Below are positions 49,413-60,300 of a stretch of 64,000 bases of DNA, one piece after another. Within the stretch, counting starts at the first letter, position 1; each line of letters opens with the position of its first letter. The stretch is from Vibrio sp. (GTDB lineage Bacteria; Pseudomonadota; Gammaproteobacteria; Enterobacterales; Vibrionaceae): the NCBI RefSeq assembly GCF_038138445.1, contig NZ_JAYQDQ010000010.1, positions 3,236 through 67,235 on the forward strand, written 5' to 3'. Below the pieces are notes generated by a model. That model searched no databases. It saw only the letters and a list, made by a program, of their open reading frames with translations, and was not told the DNA's origin. A program made the translations under genes and the position numbers.

Positions 49413-49451
49413 AGGAACTACTGTTTAAATTTACAGTTTTTCTTGATTTCT

Positions 49452-49479
49452 AAGGGCTACATTGGTTAATGTAGCCCTT
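49452..49479 (+). terminator. Hairpin after grxD
   Basis: 12-bp stem aagggctacatt/aatgtagccctt with loop ggtt. The T-tail is weak. Confidence 0.6.
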
Positions 49480-49502
49480 ATTGTATCTGCTTGAAATTAT
49501 TT

Positions 49503-51452
49503 ATGACGCGTCTATTTATCGCCGAGAAACCAAGCCTTGGCCGCGCTATTGCGGCAGCGCTGCCTAATCCACAGAAAAAAGACCAGGGTTTTATTCGTTG
49601 CGGTAATGGTGATGTGGTGACCTGGTGCATTGGCCATTTGCTGGAGCAAGTAGAGCCTGATGCCTACGATGGTAGATACAAAAAGTGGAACATGGCAGAT
49701 TTGCCCATAGTGCCGCAGCAGTGGCAGCTTAGACCAAGAAAATCGGCCAGCAAGCAATTAACCGTGGTAAAAAAGCTGCTCAAAACCTGCACAGAAATCA
49801 TCCACGCAGGCGATCCCGATCGTGAAGGGCAGCTTCTAGTCGATGAAGTGTTGGACTACTGTAAAGTGGCGAAAGCTAAGCAAACCAGTGCGCAGCGACT
49901 TTTGATCAGTGATCTCAACCTTCCCGCCGTAAAACGCGCCTTAAATCAAATGCGCAGTAATCAGGAGTTTATTCCTCTTTCTATTTCAGCGTTGGCGCGC
50001 TCTCGTGCTGACTGGCTGTATGGCATGAATATGTCACGAGCTTATACTTTGCTTGGCCAGCAAGCGGGCTATCAAGGTGTCCTTTCTGTTGGGCGAGTAC
50101 AAACGCCAGTACTTGGCTTGGTGGTGCGACGCGATGAAGAAATAGAAAACTTTGTTCCTCGGGATTATTTTACGCTCGATGCGCTGATCCCTTATCAAGA
50201 TGGCGCGCGTCAATTTGATATCCGTGCTCGTTGGAAACCCAGTGAGGCTTGCCGCCCTTGGCAAGACGAAGAGGGCAGAGTACTCAATCGAAAGCTGGTG
50301 GAGAATGTTGCAAGCCGAATCGCCAATCAGGCGGCGAAGGTGGTTGAATCAGAGCAAAAACAAACCAAGCAGTTCGCACCGCTGCCGTATTCGTTGTCTG
50401 CGCTACAAATCGATGCAGCCAAACGCTTTGGTATGAGCGCTCAGCAAGTCCTTGACACTTGTCAGTCCTTGTACGAAAAACACAAGCTGATTACCTATCC
50501 ACGCTCTGACTGTCGTTACCTTCCCAAAGGTCATTATTCTGAGGCAAGCAGTGTGTGTGATGCCATTAGCAATAATGCCAAAGAGCTTAATTCAGCCGTC
50601 TCTCAAGCCGACTTAACACTCAAATCCAAAGCTTGGAATGATAAAAAGGTCGATGCTCACCACGCTATTATTCCCACGCCTAAAAAAGCGTCAGTCAATG
50701 CGTTATCCGCCAATGAGATGAAAATCTACCAGCAAATTGCGCGTCAATATTTAATGCAGTTCTATCCTGCGGCTGTGTATGCCGAAGCTAAACTGGTGTT
50801 TGATATTGCTGGTGGTGAGTTTGTTGCCAAGGGGCGCCAACTGGTTTCTGCGGGGTGGAAAGCGCTACTTGGTAAAACCGATGAAGAAGACACAGGGGTA
50901 GATACCGTTCCTCCTTTACCCAAAGGCAGTGTGCTAACTTGCCGGGAAGGGGAAATCAAAGATCGTAAAACTGAGCCTCCCAAACATTTTACGGAAGCGA
51001 GCTTGTTGCAAGCCATGACAGGTATTGCGCGTTTTGTCTCTGACAAAGAGTTAAAAAAGATCTTAAAAGAGACCGATGGTCTTGGTACTGAAGCGACTCG
51101 CGCAGGGATCCTCGATACCTTGTTTAAGCGCCAGCTTCTTAAAAGACAAGGCAAAACAATTTTAAGTTCGCCTGCGGGGCGAGGTCTTATTCATGCTCTG
51201 CCTGCTGAATCAACCTATCCTGATATTACCGCCCACTGGGAGCACCAATTGCAGGGAATGGCGGAGAGAAATCAAGCTTATCAACCTTTTATGTCGGCGC
51301 TTCAAGGAAAGATTGATGGTTTGATGCAGCAAATAAAGTCACAACCTGTTCCTGAATCGCTGCGCCATTTACCAAAAGTGGAAAAGCCTGCTTATAAACG
51401 CAAGCGTGGCGGGCGCGCTAAATACAGTGGTAAAAAGCGCGTCGCAAGCTAA
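49503..51452 (+). CDS. topB: DNA topoisomerase III
   Basis: Start trimmed to [17 protein letters not shown] (compare E. coli [16 protein letters not shown]). TOPRIM domain plus the type IA core. Lys/Arg-rich C-terminus. Confidence 0.95.
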   Translation: MTRLFIAEKPSLGRAIAAALPNPQKKDQGFIRCGNGDVVTWCIGHLLEQVEPDAYDGRYKKWNMADLPIVPQQWQLRPRKSASKQLTVVKKLLKTCTEIIHAGDPDREGQLLVDEVLDYCKVAKAKQTSAQRLLISDLNLPAVKRALNQMRSNQEFIPLSISALARSRADWLYGMNMSRAYTLLGQQAGYQGVLSVGRVQTPVLGLVVRRDEEIENFVPRDYFTLDALIPYQDGARQFDIRARWKPSEACRPWQDEEGRVLNRKLVENVASRIANQAAKVVESEQKQTKQFAPLPYSLSALQIDAAKRFGMSAQQVLDTCQSLYEKHKLITYPRSDCRYLPKGHYSEASSVCDAISNNAKELNSAVSQADLTLKSKAWNDKKVDAHHAIIPTPKKASVNALSANEMKIYQQIARQYLMQFYPAAVYAEAKLVFDIAGGEFVAKGRQLVSAGWKALLGKTDEEDTGVDTVPPLPKGSVLTCREGEIKDRKTEPPKHFTEASLLQAMTGIARFVSDKELKKILKETDGLGTEATRAGILDTLFKRQLLKRQGKTILSSPAGRGLIHALPAESTYPDITAHWEHQLQGMAERNQAYQPFMSALQGKIDGLMQQIKSQPVPESLRHLPKVEKPAYKRKRGGRAKYSGKKRVAS

Positions 51453-51489
51453 CGCCTTATTGCCAAGGTATCAGTTATCAAGCTATCAG

Positions 51490-52170
51490 TTACCAAGGTA
51501 TTGGCGAGCCATCGAAGTTAATAAACTCACCCGAGTTGTCTGCCGTTGCAGACTCAATAACCTCAATTAAGCCTGAAGCGGAAGTCTCTGTAGTGATCAT
51601 GGCGTTCGGCCCGCCCATGTCTGTAAGTACCCAGCCAGGATGAAGCGCCAATACAGTAAAGCCTTGGCTGGCGAGATCGTTACTTAAGCTTTTCACGACA
51701 GAGTTGAGCGCGGCTTTTGAAGAGCGGTAGATATAGGCTCCGCCAGATGTATTGTCACCCATGCTACCCATTTTTGAAGAGATACAGGCGATCTTTTTCA
51801 GTGAGCCTCTTTCAAGGTTAGGGTAAAGGGCTTCAACCAATTTCATCGGCGCTATGGTATTGATTTCCAGTACCTTACGCCATTCTTCAATATCAGTTTC
51901 ACCAAACATATAGCCTTTTGGCCCATAATATCCTGCGTTGTTGATTAAAATATCTATCTCAGGAAGCTGGCTTGATAAGGTTTCATAACGGGCGTAGTTA
52001 GTGACATCGAGCTGATGGCAATGCAAGTTTGGACTTTCGAGCTTAAACAGTTCGCTGGCATGACTTTGCGAGCGATACGTTGCATGTACTTGATAGTTTT
52101 TGGCAAGGTAATGCTTAACCAAGCTCAAGCCTATACCTCGGTTCGCGCCAGTAATAACCACTGTAGTCAT
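51490..52170 (-). CDS. Short-chain dehydrogenase/reductase (classical SDR)
   Basis: 226 aa. TGANRGIG, NNAG and YRSSKAAL motifs are all intact. Confidence 0.85.
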   Translation of the reverse strand: MTTVVITGANRGIGLSLVKHYLAKNYQVHATYRSQSHASELFKLESPNLHCHQLDVTNYARYETLSSQLPEIDILINNAGYYGPKGYMFGETDIEEWRKVLEINTIAPMKLVEALYPNLERGSLKKIACISSKMGSMGDNTSGGAYIYRSSKAALNSVVKSLSNDLASQGFTVLALHPGWVLTDMGGPNAMITTETSASGLIEVIESATADNSGEFINFDGSPIPW

Positions 52171-52328
52171 GGGTAATCCTTATTCGTTAGGGAAGGGTAA
52201 TTAAGAAAAAAGACGTCTTGCTCTAAGCAAATCAATTTAAGCATGTTTTGCAATTGGGCGACAACTTGTTACCATGCCAAGCATCAAAATATGCGCAGAT
52301 AGTCGCTCAAAAAGGTCAACAAAACCTA

Positions 52329-53267
52329 ATGATTCCACTAGTCTATCACCCAATTTACTCCAAGCTCCCTTTGCCTGATGGGCATAGGTATCCGATTCAC
52401 AAATATCGGCTCCTTTATCAAAAAATCGAAACCAAGCGCCAAAGCGATAGTCAGTGGCAAGCAGGGTTTTGCTACCATCAGCCCGAGCCGCTGTTAAGAG
52501 AGGAAGTTGAGCAAACCCACTGCAAGCAGTATATAGAGCAGCTTTTTTCCGGGACGTTAGCGGTTTCGCCCATGCGGCGTATTGGCTTTCCATGGAGTGA
52601 GAGCTTGATTGAGCGCACGCTCACCTCCGCTGGCGGAACATGCTTGAGCGCAGAGCTTGCCATAGACAAAGGTATTGCTATCCATCTCAGTGGTGGTTAT
52701 CACCACGCACATTATGATTATGGCAGCGGCTTTTGTTTGCTGAATGATTTGGTGTTGGCTGCCAAACGAGCACTGCGTCAAGAGGGTATCGATAAGGTGC
52801 TCATCGTTGACAGTGATGTTCACCATGGCGATGGAACCGCGACCTTATGCCAAGACAACCAAGCGATTGTTACTCTTTCTTTCCATTGTGATAAAAACTT
52901 TCCGGCCAGAAAGCCAGACTCAGATATGGACATTGCTCTGCCAAAAGAGACCAGCGACAGCGAATTTCTCAGCACGTTTGAGTCGGTTGTGGAAATGGCG
53001 ATTAATCTTCATCAACCGGATTTGATTTTGTATGACGCAGGTGTGGATATCCATCAAGAAGATGAACTAGGCTATTTTAACATCAGCACGCAAGCGATTT
53101 TTGCCCGCGATAAGCGCATGTTTGAGATGGCAAAGCAACGCGCGCTACCGATAGCCTGTGTGGTCGGTGGTGGCTACCGAAGCGATCACAGTGAATTGGT
53201 GCCTATTCATATGCAGTTATTGAATGCCGCCTTTGAGGTTTATGCTAAGAGCGAAGAAAAATCATGA
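52329..53267 (+). CDS. Histone-deacetylase-family (Zn-dependent) deacetylase
   Basis: Start trimmed to MIPLVYHPIYS. GGYHHA and DSDVHHGDGT motifs present. Confidence 0.85.
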   Translation: MIPLVYHPIYSKLPLPDGHRYPIHKYRLLYQKIETKRQSDSQWQAGFCYHQPEPLLREEVEQTHCKQYIEQLFSGTLAVSPMRRIGFPWSESLIERTLTSAGGTCLSAELAIDKGIAIHLSGGYHHAHYDYGSGFCLLNDLVLAAKRALRQEGIDKVLIVDSDVHHGDGTATLCQDNQAIVTLSFHCDKNFPARKPDSDMDIALPKETSDSEFLSTFESVVEMAINLHQPDLILYDAGVDIHQEDELGYFNISTQAIFARDKRMFEMAKQRALPIACVVGGGYRSDHSELVPIHMQLLNAAFEVYAKSEEKS

Positions 53268-53746
53268 AACAAAGAATTAGAGCGGCAGGCATTCTTATTC
53301 ATCAGCACTCGATATTGCTTTTAAAAGTCAAAGACTTCACCGGCGAATATTGGGTGCCACCCGGCGGTGGTATGGAAGAGGGGGATAAAAGCTCCAAAGC
53401 ATGTTTAGTTAGAGAATTTAAAGAAGAAGCAGGCCTAGAGATTGAAGTGGGCGATCTGGTTTGTGTGCGCGAGTTTTTAGAAACCGAGAAAAACCGCTAC
53501 CACTGTGAGCTGTTTTACCATGTGACAAGTCATCGCGGCGAGCCCCACCTTAATAACCTTGTTGGATTAAACGATGAGCATTACATCCAAAAGGTAGAGT
53601 GGGTGCCTTTGTCTGAACTCACCGAAAAGCGCATATACCCCAAAGAACTTGCCCACAAGCTACTCGAACTTATCGACAACCAAGAATTTTCGACCCATCT
53701 AGGCAGTTATGTTCAGGGTGAGAAAGAAGAGGTTGATTATTTGTAA
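53264..53746 (+). CDS. NUDIX hydrolase
   Basis: 160 aa. Nudix box present (GGGMEEGDKSSKACLVREFKEEAGLEI). ATGA overlap with the deacetylase gene. Confidence 0.85.
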   Translation: MKQRIRAAGILIHQHSILLLKVKDFTGEYWVPPGGGMEEGDKSSKACLVREFKEEAGLEIEVGDLVCVREFLETEKNRYHCELFYHVTSHRGEPHLNNLVGLNDEHYIQKVEWVPLSELTEKRIYPKELAHKLLELIDNQEFSTHLGSYVQGEKEEVDYL

Positions 53747-53756
53747 GCTATCTCCT

Positions 53757-53790
53757 GCCACAAAGTCAGTTTGGTGGCGTTCTGTTCTTT
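53757..53790 (+). terminator. Possible terminator after the NUDIX gene
   Basis: Imperfect stem gccacaaa/tttg(g)tggc followed by a T-rich tract. Confidence 0.4.
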
Positions 53791-53824
53791 GCTCAATAAC
53801 GTTGATTGAACCAATAAATTAATT

Positions 53825-53848
53825 ATAAGTGATTTAAATTGCACTTAT
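53825..53848 (+). promoter_or_regulatory. Putative HipB operator palindrome
   Basis: ATAAGTG-N10-CACTTAT. The half-site CACTTAT recurs at 53940-53946, and the variant AACTTAT at 53891-53897. All lie within 120 bp upstream of hipB. Confidence 0.4.
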
Positions 53849-53944
53849 AGAAATTTTTTAATTCAGTTACTACAAAAGTGAGTTATAGTGAACTTATATG
53901 TTAAGGCTAACTCAATAGTGGCAAAAGTACATTAAAAGGCACTT

Positions 53945-54280
53945 ATGAAAAAAGGTAAGATGGTGAAGGCACAACCTATGCCTGATTTGAATACCGAGTT
54001 CAGTATGGAAACGTTAGGGAGCGCCATTCGCTCAAAGCGCACCGATAGAGGCTGGCGCATTGATGATCTCGCTTCGAAAGCCAATTTATCTCGTAGGACA
54101 GTCATGAAGGTAGAAAAAGGCGATACCAGTGTCACCTTTGCCAATGTACTCGTCCTTATGGATATCTTAGGGTTGTCGTTACGCCTTATTGACTTAAACC
54201 TATTTGTTTGTCCACATAGCCAAATAACCTCCCAAGCTGAAAACAGCGTGAGAAGCAATGAGGAAGGTTGGTATGAGTAA
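53945..54280 (+). CDS. hipB: HipB-like XRE-family antitoxin
   Basis: HTH region present (WRIDDLASKANLSRRTVMKVEKG). 8-nt overlap with hipA. The start is uncertain: in-frame ATGs at 53945, 53960 and 53978. Confidence 0.7.
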   Translation: MKKGKMVKAQPMPDLNTEFSMETLGSAIRSKRTDRGWRIDDLASKANLSRRTVMKVEKGDTSVTFANVLVLMDILGLSLRLIDLNLFVCPHSQITSQAENSVRSNEEGWYE

Positions 54281-55679
54281 GTTACAACAGTTAGACGTGT
54301 TTATCGGTACGAATACCAAAATTGGTCGTTTGACTCTCCCCGTCGGAACAGAAACAGAGTTCTCATTCATCTATGAAGAAGAATGGAAACACACTGGTTT
54401 CCCGATTTCGCCCCGCATCCTTTTCGATGATCAGGCTTCGCCACGTAGTATCGAGAACTATCTCAGAAATCTCCTTCCTGAAGGAGAAGCCTTTGAGGAG
54501 ATGATACAAAACACCACTATCTCCAAAAGCAACACGTTCGGGCTGATTCGTAAGCTTGGTGCGGAAACATCTGGCGCATTATCTTTTCGAGTTTCAAACT
54601 CAGAACCTGAGGAAACCAGCTTTAGAGCTGTCCCTGATGATGAGCTCATAGAACGACTAGAGCGAAATCTATCGCCATTAGTGTATTGGGACGGTAAGGT
54701 TCGCCTTTCGGTTGCCGGTGTGCAAAACAAGTTAAACTTACTTAAGCGCGGTGATGAATGGGGATTTGGTGAAGGAAAATTAAGTTCAAACTACATTCTA
54801 AAGTTTGAAAGTGGTAAAGCACCGTGTATTGCTGTTAATGAGTTCTTTTGTATGACATTAGCCAAGCTAGCAGGCTTGGATGTCGCTAATGTTGAACTAA
54901 CTCGTATTGGGAAGACCAGGACATTGATCATAGAGCGGTTCGATCGTGCCTATATTGAAGCTCGTGATGTCGTTCAACGGAAACATGTAATTGATGGCTG
55001 TCAGGCGACTGACTTACCTCCAGGTTACAAATACGAGCGTCAGAATGGGGATGAAGGTGATGGTGTATATATGCGTGATGGCGTTTCTTTCCCGCGCCTA
55101 TTGAACGTCAAAACCATAGACACGGTAATCACTAATCTAAAGCTTGCCCAATGGATGTTCTTTAATCTAGCAACGCTAAACTACGATGCTCATGGTAAAA
55201 ATATTAGCTTCTTCGTCACCCCTAAAGGCCTTGAACTGACTCCTTTTTATGATTTAGTAAACATAGAAGCTGTCGCTCAAGAGGGAGCAAAACGCAACTC
55301 GCGAAGCGGTAAATTGTCTGCTGATGAGGGTCGTGCAGTCAGTATCCCTCAATATTTTGCCATGTCGATTGGAGATTGGGAAAGCGAAGACTTTCAAAAT
55401 CCGCCAAAAGGTAACTTCAAACGCCCTATCACCAGCTATGATTTAGCCGAATTCGGCGCTCTGCTCGACTATTCAGGTACCAAAATCGCTTCCATAATGG
55501 TAGAAACCCTTGGTGCCGTAAAGAATGCCCTAAAGGAAACGGTTGAACTTACTGAAGCTCAGGGAATTGATGACGGAGAGCGTGAACACATAGAACTATG
55601 TGTCTCACTCATCCAAACAGAGTGTGAATACTTGTTAGCGCAAGCCGACAGTGTGCCAGAAATGAGTGAGCTTCTTTAA
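54273..55679 (+). CDS. hipA: HipA-family Ser/Thr kinase toxin
   Basis: Start trimmed to MSKLQQLDVF, with a gaggaagg RBS. N-terminal coupling domain. P-loop carrying the autophosphorylation Ser (LSVAGVQNKL). ERFDR motif, catalytic DAHGKNISF and PFYDLVN. Confidence 0.9.
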   Translation: MSKLQQLDVFIGTNTKIGRLTLPVGTETEFSFIYEEEWKHTGFPISPRILFDDQASPRSIENYLRNLLPEGEAFEEMIQNTTISKSNTFGLIRKLGAETSGALSFRVSNSEPEETSFRAVPDDELIERLERNLSPLVYWDGKVRLSVAGVQNKLNLLKRGDEWGFGEGKLSSNYILKFESGKAPCIAVNEFFCMTLAKLAGLDVANVELTRIGKTRTLIIERFDRAYIEARDVVQRKHVIDGCQATDLPPGYKYERQNGDEGDGVYMRDGVSFPRLLNVKTIDTVITNLKLAQWMFFNLATLNYDAHGKNISFFVTPKGLELTPFYDLVNIEAVAQEGAKRNSRSGKLSADEGRAVSIPQYFAMSIGDWESEDFQNPPKGNFKRPITSYDLAEFGALLDYSGTKIASIMVETLGAVKNALKETVELTEAQGIDDGEREHIELCVSLIQTECEYLLAQADSVPEMSELL

Positions 55680-55963
55680 TGGCAAATGCAGGTGGGCTCG
55701 TTAGCAATTCTATAAGCCATTTTTGGACAGAAGTTTCTTAGAGTCATTACTTAAATTAGTAAAATACGAATAACTTTAGGTATGGGAAAGTCGCTTAGTG
55801 AAATGACCAGTTTTTTCAGGTTCAGGTCATTGATAAGTGCAGATATTGGAAGTCTGTAGAGACAGCATTCAACGAGAGGTGAGCAACGGCAATACCTAAG
55901 TTACGCATAGTGGCTAAGGTGGTATGCGTTTCGAATCACTCTTAAACAGTTTGTTATGAGTAT

Positions 55964-56710
55964 TTACTCATCATCACTTGGAAGTGGCACAAAAGGAGAG
56001 TGTGCACCTTCCATCGCAACACCAGTGCCCATTGGTTCTACCTCAAAATCTGGATCACTATTGTCCTCTTGAGGTTTATTGTCCTTTGGATCACTCATCT
56101 CAGATACCTCGATAGATTGTTTGACACTATGATTTTGGTACAACGCCTCACCTGACATTGTTATCGCCAACAATACCATACAAAAGGCAGACGCTGCAAT
56201 ATAGTTATAACCCCAGGTCAAGAGTTTTGCCTTTTTATCTGAGCTGGCTCTCCGTTCTTTTACGGATTTTTGTAGTCCTTTAAAAAATGAGATTCTTATG
56301 GTCGCTATATTGTTATTTTTAAACTTTTCCAACATAGTCTCTTCAATATCTAAGACACTTGTTGTTGTCATTTTCAGACAAAGAAAAAACATCACCCACG
56401 ACAGAGATAGGCTAACAAACACCAATGCAGCTAAGACATACACGTATGGTGTAAAACTTACATCCTCATTACCACTTACCCAGTTAACGAGAGCTGAAAA
56501 CGCCGTAATGACGACCGATATGGCAGTAATAAACTTGACGCTTTTATCATCTAACCGATAGAACCGTTGAACTTCAAGTTCAAATGCCTTTAGCGCATGG
56601 TTGTACAATAAATTCCATTTATCGTCAGGCCAGTTTTTCTCCGCAATAGAGTTGAGTCCATTTAACTCACTTTTTATCGCTTTAAGCGATTTATAAATTT
56701 TACTTGTCAT
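55964..56710 (-). CDS. Three-TM membrane protein of unknown function with an acidic C-terminal tail
   Basis: 248 aa. Cytoplasmic helical N-terminus. TM hairpin at about residues 58-78 and 88-112. Helical linker, then a third TM at about 164-186. Asp/Glu/Pro-rich tail. Convergent with hipA. Confidence 0.6.
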   Translation of the reverse strand: MTSKIYKSLKAIKSELNGLNSIAEKNWPDDKWNLLYNHALKAFELEVQRFYRLDDKSVKFITAISVVITAFSALVNWVSGNEDVSFTPYVYVLAALVFVSLSLSWVMFFLCLKMTTTSVLDIEETMLEKFKNNNIATIRISFFKGLQKSVKERRASSDKKAKLLTWGYNYIAASAFCMVLLAITMSGEALYQNHSVKQSIEVSEMSDPKDNKPQEDNSDPDFEVEPMGTGVAMEGAHSPFVPLPSDDE

Positions 56711-56740
56711 ATACCTACCAATACTTATAACGCTTATTAA

Positions 56741-56782
56741 ACGACAAATTGTCGTCTGCCATTCTTCAATGACGCCGTCATT
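56741..56782. promoter_or_regulatory. Two adjacent 7-1-7 palindromes upstream of the 3-TM gene
   Basis: acgacaa-a-ttgtcgt (56741-56755) and aatgacg-c-cgtcatt (56768-56782). They lie 31-72 nt upstream of the start codon at 56710. Confidence 0.3.
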
Positions 56783-57396
56783 TTCATGTTAACTCAAAAT
56801 ATAATCAATAAGTTATTCCACATGATGGTAACTTGTAATACAATATATTGCCTAATAACAAGAATGATAAGTTATCAACTCAATCGAATAAGTTTTAGTA
56901 GGGTAAACTCACGTACTCTGAATTGTGTATAGTATTTAATCAAAGTGATTTTGGGGCATTTCCGACTTAAAATACCAGTGCACGAAAGAGCAAGTCCAAG
57001 ATATACCAACAAGGACTAAAGTAAGTGTGATTTATAACGACTGTGCTCAAGCAGCGAAAGCCGAGTGCGTTATGAGCAGCGCAAAGAGTATATGGTTAAT
57101 AAAATTCACTCTCTTTCTGCGCTCTATCTTTAGGACATCAAACTCTTGGCCTCTCTCGTCAGGGAGTCTGTATAAAGATGCCAAGAAATTATCCATTAGA
57201 TTATTATTTTGTGATCAAATACTGCTTAATTATCAGTTCAATACACAACTTTTCTTAACCTAATCACATTGATTGACCTAACCCGACATAGGCGGTAGAG
57301 ATTGGCTTATGTTGGTACGCAAGATAGATAAATTGCGTATATCCTAACTACATAATATTGCTACAAACTGCTCCTTTGGTGAGTGTATGGACGGAT

Positions 57397-60300
57397 ATGG
57401 TTAGGATGACTTGGGCGATTTGGTTGTCGCTACTTTTATGGAGTGTATTTTTTTCTTCTCAAACTATTGCTCAAAGCCAAGCTGCAAACTCTTCTCCGCT
57501 AAAAGTCGCGTACTGCGTCGACTGCGTGCCTTTTCAATATCAAAATGAGCAAGGTGAAGCTTCTGGGCTGATTATCGACTTATGGAAAATTTGGACAGAT
57601 AAAGTTGGGCAAAAAATAGAATTTGTGCCCTACATTTGGGATGAAACGTTGGCGGCTGTCGGGCGCGGTGACGCTGATATTCATGCTGGCCTTTACTACA
57701 ACGAGAGCCGAGACGAGTTCTTGGACTATGGCACTTTGTTAGCTCGCACTAGCTCTCATATCATATTGAGAAATGATCAGCCTTCTTTTGATACGCTAAA
57801 AGCGTTAGAAGGGGTTAAAATTGGGGTAATAAAAGGCGACTTTTTAGAAGGCTATCTTAAGCAAAGGTTGCCTGAAGAAAACATCATTACTTATCCTAGC
57901 TATCAACAGCTGATTGCAGAGTTAAAAGCAGGAACCTTAGATGTGTTCTCGGCCGACACCCTAACCGCAACCTATCACCTGCAAAAAGACGGTATTCTTG
58001 ACCAATTCAATTTAGAGCCAGCGCATATATTGTTTTCCGATACGTGGAGAGCGGCGGTAGCAGAAGGAAATGCTTCCTTACTGGATATTATTAACCAAGG
58101 CTTTGACCTTGTTTCCCAAGAAGAACGCATTGCCAACTTTCAGAAGTGGAACCCTTCTTCTGTCAATCAAACTAATGGCCGCAGCACCCAGCCAACGGCT
58201 CATCAAGAGATTGAAAATGATGAAATAGTGAGAATATTTATCGCTATCGCCTTGATTTTAGGCCTTTTGATGTTTTCGTTAGCATTCATCTTACCCAAGT
58301 TTTTGTCTAATGAATTAATGGCAAAATACGTCGCGTCGCGAGCCTTTACTTATTCAATAATTTCGACAACTTGCGTTATTTCTTGTGTGATTCTATTTCT
58401 GGTTTGGCACACCATTGAGCAGAACAGAAAAGTGACATTGCGTAGTGTTGAGCAAGATCTTGTGTTTGTATTAGAGCGAACCAATGACAGCCTAGAGGAT
58501 TGGGTAAAAGACAGTGAAACGTTTCTAAATAGTTTGGGTAAACATCCGCACCTTGTTTCTCTCACAGAGAAGTTGCTCCAGATACCACAAAACAAGCAAA
58601 GTTTACAGGACTCGCAGGCATTAAATGACATCCGAGTGTTTTTTGACCAGCACGAGGAGGATTTTGGTAGTGTTGGCTTTTTCATTATCAACAAGGATAG
58701 AGTCAGTATTGCCTCTAGGCGCGATACCAATTTAGGCACGGAAAACCTCATCGCGATACAGGCTCCTCAGCTTCTTGAGAGAGCATTCCAAGGAGAAGCG
58801 GTTTTTATTCCTCCGATTCTCTCTGATGTTTACATTCAATCAGAGAAAATGGGCGAAGTGCCCACAAGACTGGATGCTTTTAATATGTTCTTCGCTGTAC
58901 CGATTCAAAATGATAGTGGGGAAGTTATTGCGGCAATGACACAAAGGTTGTTGCCAGGGGGTAGGTTATCGAAAATCATGCAACATGGCAGTATCGGCCG
59001 CTCAGGTGAGAGCTATTTGATTAATCTCGATGGGGGAATGATTACCGAAAGCCGATTTATTGATTCACTTGAAGACATTGGCTTGTTAACAGCAGGGCAA
59101 GATCAAGATACCTTACTGGCCTTAAAAGACCCGGGAGGAAACTTGATCGAGGGATTTGTGCCAGCTAGCTCTACTGCCGAACAACCCTTTACGCTTATGG
59201 CGCAGAGTGTCATGGCGATGGGGAAATCCGCTCAAGGAAAAGTAAACCCTCATATCAACTCGAATGTTGAAGGTTATAGAGATTATCGAGGCGTGCCGGT
59301 TCTTGGCGTTTGGAGTTGGAACCAAAACCTGGGTGTTGGCATAACCACTGAGATAGACAAGTCAGAAGCACTTGAATCTTTCTATCAAATGCGGCTTTAC
59401 CTATTTTCCACTGCGTTTGTAGCGCTGCTGTTAGCGGTAGCCTCAAGCATGCTTACTGTGACCATAGGGCAGAGAGCCACCAGCTTTATGCGTCGCTCGA
59501 ATGAAGAGTTGGAGAGTCGCGTCGGTGAACGCACCGTGGCGTTAAAAGAAGCAGAACAACGCTCTCGAACTATCTTCGAGAACACCAAAGATGGTGTGAT
59601 TGTGATTAATGAACTGGGTATAGTGCAAGAATTTAACCCGGCAGCAGAGAGTATTTTTGAATATCCACGAGAAGATGTTGTGGGGCAAAACATCAAAATG
59701 TTAATGGGAGAGCCACATCGAGACAAGCATGATGGCTATTTGAAAAAATACGCCCAAACCAAAGAGGAGCATATTTTAGTTCGCAACACTGAGTTGGAGG
59801 GCAGGCGCTCAACCGGAGAAATATTTCCGATCGATCTTGCTGTAAATGAAGCGCTCTCGGCAGGAGAAACGATTTTTGTCGGGATTATACGTGATATTAC
59901 CGAGCGTAAAGAGGCAGAAAAAGAGTTAAAAGATCGAGAAGAGCGGCTGTGGGATTTGTATGAAAACGCGCCAGTGGCTTACGCATCCGTAAACCTTGCG
60001 GGAGAGTTTGTTAAACATAATAAAGCGTTCTCAGAGCTATTGTGTGTTGAAAGAACGGATATTAAAAATGTCAACTGGCACGATGTTATTTCTCCAGACT
60101 TCATAGAGCATAAAACGTTATTTGATAGTGTATGCGACGGTGAAAGCCTGTTTTGTCATGAAATCCCAATCGTCCGGCGTGACGGAGAACATATAATTAC
60201 TGAAGTGTCAGCGCTACCAAGCTTTAATGATAATTCTGAGTTACAAGAAATTAGAATTACCATGACGGATATTACCGCCAGAAAGACTGCAGAAGAGGCG

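Noticed and set aside
51453-51489. Direct 9-bp repeat tatcagtta-N6-tatcagtta between topB and the SDR gene.
   Set aside because: It is a short repeat in a 37-bp convergent gap. It shows no terminator-like structure and no known motif.
52237-52593. 118-aa minus-strand ORF opposite the start of the deacetylase gene.
   Set aside because: It overlaps the well-supported HDAC-family gene and has no RBS and no motif.
57027-57263. 78-aa ORF in the long leader of the sensor kinase.
   Set aside because: It has no RBS and a low-complexity hydrophobic/Ser-rich product in AT-rich DNA. The region is treated as non-coding, possibly regulatory or a decayed remnant.
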